In this document: positions 49,700 through 62,970 of the stretch, piece after piece | Layout: every line of letters begins with the position of its first letter | How positions within the stretch are numbered: the first letter of the stretch is position 1 | Source: Pristiophorus japonicus | Lineage: Eukaryota | Reading direction: 5' to 3' | DNA length: 64,000 nt | NCBI RefSeq assembly: GCF_044704955.1 | Contig: NC_091999.1 | Location: 11,346,001 to 11,410,000 of the forward strand | Translations under genes and position numbers: made by a program | Notes under the pieces: generated by a model | What the model was told of the DNA's origin: nothing | The model's database searches: none | The model's input: only the letters and a program-made list of their open reading frames with translations

Positions 49700-52600
49700 A
49701 AGAATCATAGAATCATAGACATTTACAGCTCAGAAGGAGGTCATTTCAGCCCATCGTGTTCGCGTGGGCCAACACAGACTATCCAGCCTTATCCAACTTT
49801 CCAGCACTGTATGTTATGGCAGTTGAAGTGCACATCGAAGCAATCTTTAAATGTTGTGAATGTCCCTGCCTCTAACGCCCTTCAGTGAATTCCAGACACC
49901 CACCACCCTCGAGGAGAAGACTTTTACGCTGAATTGTCCTCTTAACCTCCTACCAATTACATTAAAACTATGCCCTATATTTGTTGACCCATCTGCTATA
50001 GGAAAAAGATCCTTCCTCTACATTCTATCTAGGCGTCTCATAATATTATTCACGTCAAAATGTCTCCGAAAGCCTCCTCCGTTCGAAAGAAAACACACAC
50101 AATCTTTCCTCATCGCGAAAATTCTCCAGTACAGGCAACATCATCGTAATTCTCCTCTATCCCTTCTCTAGTGCAATCACATATTTCCTACAATGTCATG
50201 AGCAGAACTGCACGCACTATTCTAGCTGTGGTCCAACTAGAGTTTTGTACAGTTTAAGCATCACCTCCCTGTTCTTGTATTCTATGCTTCGCCTAATAAA
50301 TGCAAATATTTTGTAGGCCTTCAAAACACCTTATCTGCATTGTCTGCTACCTTCAGGGATTTATGTGGGCCAGCACTGAAAAGGTCGCTTTATTCCTCTA
50401 CTCTTCTCAGTATCCTACGATTTAATGTATACTGCCTTACCTTGTTACCTCTCCCCAAATGCATTACTTCACACTTCTCCGGATGAATTTCATTTACCAC
50501 TGCTCTGCAGTCTTCAGATTTTTTATTCGTTATCAACAACACAGCCGATTTTAAAATAATCTACAAACATCGTAATCATACCCCCTATAGTCAAGTCTAA
50601 ATCATTGATATATGTCTCAAAAATCAATGGACCAAGTACTGATCCCTGCAGAACCGCACTGGAAACACCCTTCAAATCACACAAAGCAGCCATCATGCAT
50701 TACGGTTTGCGTCCTGCATCAGAGCCAATTTTGGACCAACTTTTCCCTGGATCCCATGGGCTTTAATTTTCCTGACCAGTCTACCATCTGGGACGTTATC
50801 AAAGCCCCTGCTAAAACCCATCTACACTACATCAAACGCACTATACTCGTTGAGCCTCCTTGTTACCTCTTCGAGATGGTAGAACTTCTTTGAGAAGTTC
50901 AATCATTTTAGTCAGATACGAACACCCCATGCCAAATCCATGTTGACTGTACTTGATTAGTCGGTGTCATCCAAAATGAGGGTTTATCGTGTCCCTCAGA
51001 ATGTTTCCAATAATTTTCCAACTACCGAGGTTAGGCTGACTGGCCTCTAATTACTCAGCCTATCCATTTCTCCCTTATTCTACAAAGGAGGACAGCTTTA
51101 GCAGTCCTCCAGTACCATAGCATCACACCTGTAGCGAGAGGGGTTTGAAAAATGATGGTCAGAGCCTCTATTATTCCCTCTTTTGCTTCTATTAACAGCC
51201 TGGGATGCATTTCATCCGGTGCCTGGGATTTTATCTGCTGAGCCCCTCAATGCTTGCACTCGCACTATGTTTATTTCATTGAATATTTCAAACTCCTCCT
51301 CCCTGATTGCAAAGTCTGCGTCACCACTCTGTTTTATGAATACAGACGCAAAGTAGTCATGAAGAACCATGACACGTTTTCTGCCTCCACAAATAGATTA
51401 CCTTTATCGTCTCTAATAGGCCCTGCTCTGTATTTGTTATCCGCGTGCACTTAATGTATTTATAAAACATCTTTGGGCTTTCCAGGATTTTAATTGCCAA
51501 TATGTTTTCATGCTCTCTCTTTGCTTTCCTAATTTCCTATTTAATTACATCCCTGCAATTTCTATTCTCCTCTAGACTTTCTGCATATTGTGCCCTCGGT
51601 ATCTATCACGAGCCTACTTGTTTTTCTATATCTACCCTATATGTCCGTTGACATCGAGGAGGCTCTAAATTTGATAGTCGCACCCTTTTTATTTACGGGA
51701 CCATATTTGCTCTGAACCTTCAGGATCTCCTCCATAAATCCTTCGCACTGCCCTGACACAGATTTACGTTCAAGTAGCTGTTTCCAATCAACTTTGGGTA
51801 AATCACTTCTCAGCTTATCAAAATTGCTTTTTTCCTAATTGAGCACTTTTGTTCCAGGTCTAACTTTGTCCTTTTCCCTAACTACCCTAACTCTAACTTA
51901 ATTATGATCAAAAGCACCAGAATGCTCTCCCACTGATACCCCTTCCACCTGCCCACCTTAACTCCCTAAAACTAAGTCCAAAACTGCTCCCTTCTTTGTT
52001 GGGCTTGTTCCATACTGGTTAAGAAAGTTAGGAAATCCGCAGCCTCTGTATCCATGTTAATATTGGAGTAGTTAAGATCCGCTACTATTACTGCCACGTA
52101 GTTTTTGCACATCATAACATTTGCCTGCCTATTTTCTCTTTTGTGTCCCTCTGACTATTTTGTGGGTCTACTGTCCACGCCCAGTAGTGTGATCGCAACT
52201 TTTTTGTTTTTCAATTCAACATTTAATGATCCTCCTAACATACCAACCCTCCTCACAGCTGGAACTGTTTCTTTAATCAATACTGCGACCGCCTCTTTCT
52301 TTACCCCCTGTCTCTCCCGTCTGGAGAACCTGTAACCAGGAATGTTGTTCTGCCATACCTGCCCTACTTTCAGCCATGTCTTAGTGATATATATAATATG
52401 GTACTCCCAAGTTTATATCTATGCTCGCAGCTCATGTGCCTCATTCCCGCGTCTCCATGCATTGAAGTATATACCATTCAGCCCTGCTAACCTCGCTTGT
52501 TGTCCATTTTCTCGCCAATGTTTCCTCTGTCTTCCAAATTCACTTTCAACTTTTCTGCTTTCCAATACCAGCTTTGCTTTGCTCCCTTCTGAATCTATTC

Positions 52601-53140
52601 ACAGGACTCCATCCCCCTGCCAAGATGGTCCCGTCTCTGTTGAGGTGCAAACCTTCAGCTTGTACAGGTCCTACCTGCTCACAAAATGGACCCAATGCCG
52701 CCAGAATCTAAAGCCCTCTGTCTTGCACCATCTCTCCAGCCATGCATTCATCTGCTCTGTCTTCCTATTCCTGTACTCACGAGCACGTGGCATTCGGAGT
52801 GATCCGGATTATAGTGCCTTTGCGATCCTGCGTTTTTATCTCTCTCCTAGCTCCCAAAACTTTGCCTGCAGGTCCACATCCTTCTTTCTATCAATGACAT
52901 TGGTACCGATATGGAACAAGACCTCTGGCTGTTCCACCTCTCAGCCCAGAATGCACTGCGGCTGCTTGGTGACATTCTTGTCACTGGGAACAGGGAGGCA
53001 ACATACTATCCTGCAGTCACGTCGGTGGCCGCAGAATTGCCTGTCTGCTCCCTTAACTGTCGAATCCCCTACAACCATTGCACTTCCACTCTTCCTCCTC
53101 TCCCACTGTGCAGCTGCTCCAGTCGTGATGTCGTGGACCT
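49700..53140 (-). mobile_element. Long decayed CR1 LINE (ORF1 esterase to 3' tail)
   Basis: ATAGAATC-like tail at ~49700, RT/endonuclease remnants, and ORF1 at 52600-53140. Confidence 0.85.
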
Positions 53141-53407
53141 GGCCCTGACTGCACTCCCCGATGTTCTGTTTATTTCCCTCATGGTCACTAATCAGACTGA
53201 GGTGGTTGACAGAAGATATAATTTGATTAGCCTTCTGCTAGTGCACAATAGGGGAAGATTTACTCTGGTCTCATATTATTAATGAAATCCCAAACAGAGC
53301 TGGGAATCGCGTCTGTACGCTAGTTTAGTGCAATCATTATTCTGTCCTGGCAATAACTGTCCTATTCAGACAATCGGAGGTCGTACGTGTGGCTACAGAC
53401 TGTTCTA

Positions 53408-53839
53408 TTCACACACAGTAGTGCACGGTGGCGTCTGACAGATCCTTCTCATAAACTCTCAGTTGAACCGTGTTCTCCTCTGCCCTAAATCTTGCTCTAA
53501 AATGGTCCTTGGCGATAACGAATGGGGAAGTATGATATCTGTTGATAATCAATACGTTGACCACGGCCCAACCAGGAAGCTGCCTGCACCAGAAAAGCTG
53601 AGGGATTGTATTTGTTGTTGTTAAACTACAATTCTACATCACCGTTTCTCCTTCCACCTGGTCGAATACTCATGATACACGGAATTGCGGCCAATGCTTT
53701 TGGCTGGAAGAGAAATTGAACATTTACAAATTTCCGCTGCACTAACCGGACCCGTTAATGATTTTGCACTCGGATTGCACATGTCCTTACGCAGCACAGA
53801 GAGCACCAACAAAAAACTGAAAGAAACAGGGGAAAACAT
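53408..53839 (-). pseudogene. TCR V pseudogene (mirror of 45182), RSS deleted
   Basis: Leader MFSPVSFSFLLVLSVL with GT donor. The V ends VHYCV* and is joined directly to the downstream flank. Confidence 0.82.
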
Positions 53840-55024
53840 CGCTGTCCATGGCTCACAATATGAGCATCGCTCCCTTCACTACTGGAGAAAAAGCTGCCAG
53901 TGGAGCCTGTTCAGCTTGAGCTATTTAACCCTGTGACAGTCATAACGATGGAAGTAATTCTGCAAATATCTCGCATCCGTTTGTAACAATGTTATACCAT
54001 CATTGCTCTGGACCCTGTACATGCAGCAACATCCGAAATGTTTAATTGCAGATTTCTCTGCTCGGCATTTCCCTACTTTTTGAACAACTTAATTTCAGAA
54101 AGAAGGTATTTTAGGTTCATTTAGAGAGTGACCATATGAATCATTCGTGGAATGATTTAAGATTCGCGGCACTCAGAGGACAGATACATTTTCCTACTTC
54201 CTTAGTTATTTAGTTCATTGCTTGCAGTAGCAGCATTTAAATAGACAGTTCTGAGCTGCCTTTCGCGTTACTAGGGACAGTAACTCAACTTTTGAAATAC
54301 CAAACCGCGACTGAGAAAATAGGAAAATGCAATCCACGGTACCACCAATTAGACAATACCACATACTACACGCTGAGTGCACCCCTTGGTCACGGTTATC
54401 TGCTTGTGCTTCCTTCTGAGCTTGTTTCATAGAAACATAGAATCTTACAGCACATAAAGAGACTATTGTCCAATCATGCCCGTGCCGTTAGTGTCACAGC
54501 ACTACTCCTTCCCCGTTGCCCTGAAAATTATTCATTTTCAATTATATATCCAGTTCCATTTTTCAAATTCCTTTTTATACTGGAAAATTGCAAACCCTCA
54601 CAAGATTTGTACTATTGTATAGAGGGATAACATATGTGTTGGGCTCTTGTGAATTGAATGGAGCACCTTTGTGTGAATGTTTCTCTCTCAATTTCTCGCT
54701 CTCTCCCTCTTTTTGTATATATATTTTTATGTGTTTGTGTACAAATAAATATATATACATACATATGTATACATATATCTAAAAGCGATAATATTATACA
54801 GAAAATGAATAAAAGAAAGGCAAAAGAAGAATATAAAGTTTGGCTTTTAATATTGAATTATATTGACTGGTTGAAGGTATTTGAGGTAACCTCGCCACAT
54901 CCGTGCTGTTTAAGATTAATTTGGAATTATTTCTGCTGGAGCGCATCAGCAGGTTATTGGACATATGTTCCTCGCAGATTTCTCTCTCTCTCTGTCTCAC
55001 TTGCTTCCGTTTATCGGAGTTAAA

Positions 55025-55038
55025 GCGCCCTCTGCTGA
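55025..55038 (-). promoter_or_regulatory. CTCF-like motif 24 bp downstream of the RSS
   Basis: TCAGCAGAGGGCGC. Confidence 0.65.
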
Positions 55039-55062
55039 GCACTAACTGGAACTCTTAGTGTG

Positions 55063-55587
55063 AGTTCTTGTATGGGATTTGCGATTACTCTGCAGCAGTG
55101 TGGTGCTCATGCCACAGGAATACACAGCGGTGTCGGAGATCAGGATATTTCTGATCGTTTGTTCAGTAATGTTGGTCGTTTTATTAAATGTAGTAGAGAA
55201 TCTGTCAGTAAAGGTGCGACTCCTGCTTACTATCCCTACAATAGTTTTAACCACATACTGCAGAGGCTGCCAGGCTTGGTGAAAGTACAGTGCACAAATG
55301 GGCTATTTTCATTTGTTTTCAACGTGCAGGTCAGTGTTACTTTTCTCTTCAAATGCCATTACATGAACCGTCTGTTCGATTGTGTCTTGGTGGCTCCATT
55401 CTAACATAAAATAACAGAAATAGACATCATCATCATCGCAATCAACATAATCATCATCATCACCATCATTTCATGAATAATAACACCTCGGTTATAGCCG
55501 TCGGGCAGAGAATGGATTTTTACTTGGTCGGACATACTTACTGAGAAGTGACATGTTGATGAGCAGCGGTGCGAGACAGTTCCTCAT
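55063..55587 (-). pseudogene. TCR V pseudogene (mirror of the intact 43408 V)
   Basis: Leader MRNCLAPLLINMSLL, frameshifts in FR1/FR2, DTAVYSCGMS. RSS: CACACTG, 24 bp, ACAAGAACT. Confidence 0.88.
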
Positions 55588-58514
55588 GATGCTGCCTGAG
55601 TCTGTAACTCTGCAGTTGAGGAAATCTCCCGTCGGAGCAGAAGTAAAGATCCCCGCACACTGCACTGCTGTTCCACCAATTTCAAAGAGGGAATGTGAGC
55701 ACGAAACGGAAGCTGTAGGCGGGGCTGCAGCAAACTCTGACCCTATAATTTCCAGTTGGTTGCAGACAGAAGCATGTGAGCACTGCATCCTCAGGCGGTG
55801 CCACTGTGAACTTTACATTGTTCGGGTAACAGATTGAGTAAAGTGAGTTTATCTTTTGCGCAGTTTCCTGCATCGAGGTTTGGGAAGAGGTGGGTCAAAT
55901 AATTCAACTGTGTAAATAGCTGCAAGGGTAATATGAGTGAACTTAAAGAAAAGGGCATGTTACTTTAGTTCTGAATATTTTTCTTTATGGCTTGCACTTA
56001 TCTTTCAGATACGTATTTCTCACTTGTAATATCTCACTTTCTTTCATTTCTATTTTCCTGCTCTCCTAATTTGCCATCCACTACACATGTTATTACATTG
56101 ATGTTTCTCTCTCTCCCATTCTTTCTTTGATGCCTTTTTTTGGTTTTCCTCAATCCGTGTTTCTAACTCTATTCATTTCAGATTTTTTTAAGTCTCTCTC
56201 TCTTCTATATTTCCTATTTTGCCCGTGCTCAGTCCCTCGACACTTCTATTATTATTACTGAGACCCTCTAAATACCGCTGCACTAAACACAACATAGCTG
56301 CGTTCCTCCACCGTGCAGGTTTATGTGCGGGACATCCGCTTGTTTGTTACACTTTGAACAGGTGCTCCATTATGTCAGTGGAGGATTTTAAACCTTGACA
56401 CATGTTGAGACCCTGTAAGACTTAGTTGGGTCTTGTTATAAAGATTACATTTGGAGAGTTTGTTTCATCATTTCTCTCTCTTTAAACTATCACACAACTG
56501 AACCATAGACTATTATAAATTAGAAATGATAGTCGCCATTAACCCATGCCTCCCTTAAAATAATAGACAGTGAAATTATACGAACATGTCAAGTATTGAC
56601 CTGCTATTATCACTATTATGATTATTGATCTGCTATTATGTGTGTGCTAGGTCCATGCAGCAGAGCTGGTCTCCAGTCGTCTTGGATAATCCTTCCCGCT
56701 GAACCAAGACCTAGCTCTGTCAAGCCCGTGTGGTGGCTGGTAGATAATGGTTACCACACGTTAAAAAAAATCCACGCACAGACATCTTCCACCCTTCAGG
56801 ATATAGTTCTTGTCCTTCTTGAAAGACCTGTGAACTCATCCGTTGTTTTAGCGTGGAAGCAAGTCATCCTCGTTTCGAGGGACCGCCTATGTTGATAATG
56901 ACACTGTGGCGTCATGGTGAGAGATAGGTAGCGGTTTCTCCCACTCGCGCACCGTTCACAATAAGGGTACTGAGTTTATTGCCTTTCTGGATTGAAACAG
57001 TGCACATCCCATGTTGATCGGACCCACTTGTAACAATCACCAGGCGTTGAACGGTCTGATTTAAGTGTGTCTGTATCGGCGCAGGAAGTTAAACACAGCA
57101 ATAGTGGTGCGGTTTAAGGAAACGATTCTCTCCTCATTAAAAACTGCTCGCCGAGGGAGCTGTTTCACGTCGTCCTCACCGCTCATGTCCATGCAGATCA
57201 GAATGTAAATCAGCAGGGAATCTCTTTAAATCCAAAGCCTTATGGGATGACATTTAATGGAGGATAAACGAATTGTACACAGAACTCGGGTTACTCCTCG
57301 TACTTTGCTATTATATTCAGAATATTTCACAAGAAGAAAAATTCCTGCTTCAGCACCAACTCGGAGGCTTCGTCCTGTCGAAATAACGAAACAAGCTGTA
57401 TCTCGGGGTTTACCGACCACGGGCAGCCCACACTCCGTGTTACTCATTGCCAGCTGTTCACACTATATCTGAGCTCACACCAGGCTGCCCAAAGTTAGTG
57501 TTTCTCACTGACACCCACTCACACTGTCTCTGAACTCAATCTGGGCCGCCTGCTGTTCCTCGTTGTTTCACACCACCCGTTGGTGGCGAAAAATGGTAAT
57601 TATGTAGTGCAATTTAATGACGTCAATTCCGGATAAGTTGCAGTTCACGACGAAATAACAAATGAGCTGGGCTAATCGCTCCTCTAAGGGATGGCTCCGT
57701 CACCCAGATTGATACGTACTCTCGCCTTCTCACTATTTTATACTCCGCATTTTAACTGAAAGTTTATCTTACATATGGCACATTTCTGTGCGAAAAGGAT
57801 TTCCTGATACTAGTCCTAAAACCTCCCTTCATAGTTTGAACCCTTTTGTTTCCCCAGATAGATGGATTGTAAACTTTTCATGCTAATATTGACAACATAT
57901 CAACAGTAAGAATAACATTAATAAATCTCAATAAACATTGCTGATAAACATAAACGCAGATATTAATTTCAAAGTTATGCCTTTGTTTCTAAATCTAATG
58001 TATTAATCCATTTTCTTCAAAACGGTAAGCAAACTACGTTTTCAGTCTTTGACTCGTCCGACACTGAAACCAATAGACAACACAGACTCCCACTGTCTTC
58101 TGGTGGTGACTACATGTTACTACAATGTACAACTGCTGCCTTGTTCCAGTTTATTAGATGAATCGGAATGAGCGAGGCCATTTGACCGATTTTGACTCAT
58201 TCATCCAGAGCTATCCTACCTCCTAGCCCCACTGTGGCCTCAAGCTTTAACATAAACAATTCCACGCTATGTTCCACCATCACTCTATCCATGAACTTAT
58301 TCCATGCATTCACAATTTTCAACGTGTGTGGCAATATTTAACTATAATTAGCGCATTGACTTCTTGCTCTGCTGATCTACTTCAATAGTTTGATTTAACT
58401 TAATATTGCGAGATATATTTTAAATATATGAACTGTCTGACACTCGGGCACATGTTATTGCAGTCATGCACTGGAATAGGATGATGATTGAAACCCTCGC
58501 ACGTTCGCAAGCAA

Positions 58515-60290
58515 CAACAACAACAGCTTATATTTATCAAGCGCATCTACGTAGGAAAATGTCGCAAAGCGCTGCATAGGAATGTTTTGTTACCGAGCTA
58601 TATAAAATAATTTGTGGCAGATGAATAAAAGCTTCGTCAAAGAAGTAGGTTTTAAGGAACGTCTTCAAGGAGGAAAGAGAAGTAGAGTGGCGGAGAGGTT
58701 TAGGGAGGGAGTTCCAGAGCTTAGGGCCCAGGCAGCAGAAGGCACAGCCACCAAAGGTTGAGCAGTTATAATCAAGAATGATCAAGAGGGCATAATTTGA
58801 GTGCACAGACAGCTCGGGGGGTTGGGAAGCTGAAGGAGATTACAGAGACAGGGAGTGGCAAGGCCATGGAGGGATTTGTAATCAAGGATGGGAATTTGGA
58901 TATCGAGGCATTGCTAAACCGGGAGCCATGTCGGACAGCGAGCACAGGGGGTGATCGGTGAATGGGTCTTGGTGCGAGTTACGAAATGGGCTGTTGACTT
59001 TTGGATGACGTCAAATTTATGTAGAATAGAATGTGGGAGGCCAGCCAGGGGTGCATTGCAATAATCAAGTATAGAGGTAACAAACAGATGCATGACGGTT
59101 TTCCAGCAGATGTGCTGAGGCAGAGGTAGCGTCGGGCATTGCTACAGAGGTGAAAATAGGCAGTTTTAGTTATGCTGCAGATATGATGTCGAATACCCAT
59201 TTCAGAGTCAAATATGACACCTAGGTGGCGAGCAGTATATTTTAGCCTGAGACGGAAGCTAGGGTGAGGGATTGAGCCGGGTGCGTGGGAATACAGTTTG
59301 CAGCGGGAATCAAAGGCAACGACTTTGGTCTGCCCAATATTTAATTGGATAAAGATTTCTGCTCATCCAATATTGGATGTCGGGGAAACAGTCTGACAAT
59401 TTAGAAACCATGGAGTGGTCGAGAGATGTGGTAGTGAGGGAGGGCTGGATATCGTCAGCTCAGCTCCAATGTTTCCGGATGAAGTCGTCAAGGGCAGTAT
59501 ATAGATGAGAAACAGCAGGTGGTCAAAGATAGATCCTTGCGGGAAAACAGAGATAACGATGCTGGAATTAAAAGAGAAGCCGTTGCAGGTAAATTTCTTG
59601 CTACGACTAGATAGATAAGGATGGAACCAGGCGACTGCAGCCCCACCCAACAGAACGATGCTGGAGAGGCGTTGGAGGAGGGTGGAGTGGTCAACCTTGT
59701 CAAAGACTGCACACGGATCGAGAAGGACGAGGAGGGATAGTTTACCTTTGTCATATTCAGAAAGGATATAAATTGGGACTTTCATGAGAGCCGGTATTGT
59801 GGTAGGGGCGGAAACCAGTAAAAAGATTTTAAAATAAGAAGTTCTGGGAAAGATTTGGAAGGCGACAACACGTTCATGGACTTTGGAGAGGAAAGAGAGG
59901 TTCGAAATTGGGCGCTAGCATGCAAGCACAGTGCGATCAAGGGTTGTATTGTTTGTGCAGAGATGTGATGACGGAAGATTTAAAGGAGAAGGTTACACTA
60001 CCTGATTAGTGAGAACCATTAACTATGTCAGCTAACTTGGGAGCCAGAAAATGAAATTGGCTGGTGAGCCGTCCGTTGGGAATTGGGTCAAGGGAACGGG
60101 AAGTGGGTCTCATGGACAAGATGATTGTGAACAGGTTAAGGGGAGAAATCAGGGAGAAATTGGGGAAAGACGCGAGTTTAGGACCAGGGCCGGGTGGGCG
60201 AACGTCAGAGGAAGTTTGGCAGGTAGGCTAGGGGAATTTAGCGAAGTGGCAGAGGCAGCTTATTGGATGCTCCCAATCTTTGAGACAAGG
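58515..60290 (-). mobile_element. L2-like LINE remnant (mirror copy)
   Basis: LVLLD..AVFDKVDH and PQGS...LLFLIY. Confidence 0.8.
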
Positions 60291-60627
60291 AAGACAATCA
60301 GGTCACAAGTGCTGGGCTTTATCTCCTTGGGATTGATTATTTGAAAGAAAGATGAAAGTGACCATTGTGAGAGAAAGTGTGGACAGCACGACAGTTGCAC
60401 ACAAGTGCATCCCACGTGTGACAAAACTGCCTGCTGCAGTGCAGCCTCACCTTCCTTTTGGTGCGCTCGCTCTGAATCAACTTGCCTTCCCCATGTTATT
60501 GAAGAGATTGCCACGGAGGTTCCCGGTTTGGTACTGGTTAGATCAGCAGTGCAGTAGAGCGGCAATTTGCTTTCCTGCTCCGACAGGGAATTTACAGCAC
60601 TGCTGAGTTACGCATTCAGGGAGTAGC

Positions 60628-61199
60628 ATGTGGAACCGTCTCGCACTGCTCCTCATCATTATATAACTTCTCAGTAAGTATTTCCTTTCCAGTAAACGTC
60701 CGTTCTCCCCCTGACTGCTGTAACCGAGATTTTATATTGGTAATAGGACGATGATAATGGAGGATCAAACACATTTCATCTTTACTCACATTTCCAACGT
60801 GGTTTGAATCTGCATTTTGAACAGCCACCGTTTTGGTTGAGCATGCATTTCAGATCTGAATCATGGAGATTATGTCACTCAGCCGCTATCCTCTGGTATT
60901 AAGACTGCAGGAGAAGTGGTGACTTGAAACCGTACCTATAATACTACCTGGGACGGCCGCAATGATTCATCTTTGTACTGGCAACACCCTAAACATCGCC
61001 CGACTTTATTCCAATGAAATACGTGAGCGCTTCTGAGGGTAAAGCATGTTTGACTCTAACCCGTTTCTCTACAAGGCTCCAGACATCGAATAAATTCACC
61101 AGTTGAAACATTTCGTGGCTGCAGCTGACTGACACTGCAGTTTACTACTGCGTCCTGAGATGCAGCGACGAAAACAATTTAAACCCTCATACAGATACT
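60628..61199 (+). pseudogene. TCR V pseudogene (mirror of 37866)
   Basis: Leader at 60628 contains a stop. Exon from 60854 ends DTAVYYCVLR. RSS: TGCAGCG, 23 bp, ACAGATACT. Confidence 0.85.
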
Positions 61200-62100
61200 C
61201 CCGTGGCTTAGTACATCACAGGCTTTGCCTGCTGAAGCCGGGAATAGCGGCGAACAGATGTGAAGACCGAAACGAAATAACTATTTAGCAAATCTTCCCT
61301 TTCCATATTTTGAATTACTGGATCACCCAATTGTGTCTTTACGTGGCCAACCGTTTTCTCTTAAATTTCTTTGGAAAAGTTTACAGGTAGTCGCCACTCG
61401 AGGGCAGTAGTAAATGGATTCGTTGTTGGTTTGAATGTCCCGGTGAGTTACAGACTGATAACACTGTTCAGTTTATTTAACTAAAGGGTTGAAGTAACAC
61501 CTTTCAAAATGCAGTGATTAAGTTCAAATGGATGTCTGCTTAAATGTTATGTTATTTTGAACATGTTAGTTGATGTCAACACAATTTAAATGTTTGCAAT
61601 GGGCAACTCAACCTGAGCACATCCGCTGTTCACTTCATACTATTCGGCTGAAACCCGTCAATCACTCCCCATTTCATTCATATGAAAGTTTCTATTTGTC
61701 TAATTTATTGCATGTTTGTGTTCAAATCGCTAAGGAACGGCTCACCTTTATGATACCCTTTATATTGTCTGTGGATAGTTCTCATGGTCCGTGAGCTGCT
61801 CCTTTGATGGGACCCTCCGGCATTTATAGCAGAACCTTAGCTATTTCCCTTCACTGCCCCCATCTGCACAAACTCGCCCTCTCTGCCAAAACTAATATCA
61901 GAACAATACAGCTGTGAGCTGATTTGATAAATTAGAGACAAATGTCCCCGAGACTTGATTGAATGTCACATGTTGACTCTGCCAGGAATGAACCAGTCGG
62001 CAGAGAGGCTGGATATCACTCAACATCTTCCCAGCTCTTGACTGAAACAATTTCAGGGTCAACCCATTCAATTCAAATCCACCATCAACTCTCTGCAAAT

Positions 62101-62159
62101 ATGTTGGCTGTTACTTTATTACTTATTCCTCACAGCTGCTGCTATCTCTAATGGTAAGT
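62101..62159 (+). pseudogene. Orphan V promoter/leader exon
   Basis: ATG...frameshifted hydrophobic leader...GTAAGT. The upstream region is homologous to that of the 28802 V, and no matching V exon follows. Confidence 0.55.
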
Positions 62160-62582
62160 TCACCAGTTACCCAACATTGTGTTTCACACTTAAACATACA
62201 TTATATTAAAACCGTCAGTATCCTGAACACAAGAATATCAGTAGGTTGATCCGATGTGAAGAACACCATCATGATGACCCTTGATTCAACACTGAACACG
62301 GTTTGGGTAAACTCGACAAACTCCCCCAGTGAATGAAAGTTTGTGAGTTGAGGGGAGATTACAGGTGAATGGCAGACATACTCTTCCCACCCTGCCGGGG
62401 CTATGGACAGATATTGAGAGATAAACGACACTTTAAATGAAAGAACGTTTGGACATTTCACTTCAAATTACAAGAGGTTGGAGTTGAAGAATTGATCCGT
62501 TGGAAGAGGCTGAAGATTCATTGAAGTAATTTTATTGAGTCGATCCAAGCACGTTCCCGTTGCAGCCCTGAGTGGTGGGGAA

Positions 62583-62970
62583 ATGTATTTTGTTTACCTG
62601 CCCTGATTTACTTCTTAGGTAAATGGTTGGGGTGATGCGATGATTCTGGCGGTAGACACTGAAGTGACGTTGTTGAATTTATATAGCTCTGGACTTTTCC
62701 AGGACAGTATCGAGGAGACTCCATTTCACAGAGACTGGCTGGGATCAACATAAATAAAGGAGACGATGTTCAATTGCACTGTAATTATACAGCTACAAAC
62801 ACTAGCCTTCTTAACCTATTCTGGTAACGCCAGTATCCCAACTGATGCATGGAGAATCTGCTGCATAGAAAAAAAAACAGCGAGAATACAGAGATACTTT
62901 CAGCGCGCAGGGCATCCACTTGTGTGAATGTCTCACAAGAAACTGATTCCCTGAGAATCGGGAAAATGTC
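62583..62970 (+). pseudogene. TCR V pseudogene, 3'-truncated (mirror of 35101)
   Basis: Exon from 62703 reads GDSISQ...VQLHCNYTAT...LFW*RQYP; no YYC or RSS. Confidence 0.8.

Larger units (their letters stand above)
52575..62935. repeat. Right arm of the large inverted duplication
   Basis: Mirror of 35101-46500, but lacks the CR1 insertion at 36110-37085. Confidence 0.9.

Noticed and set aside
52342-53148. 268-aa ORF
   Set aside because: It is the antisense reading of decayed CR1 ORF1.
20425-62970. IgH-like (VH-delta/TAILV) segments, or D, J or C segments
   Set aside because: I saw no WVRQ.PG.GLEW motif, 12-RSS-flanked D, FGxG J or C1 domain. Short D segments could have been missed by eye.
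27765-62970. Pseudo-V array as chicken-like gene-conversion donors
   Set aside because: The Vs belong to several divergent families and most are frameshifted, unlike maintained donor pools.
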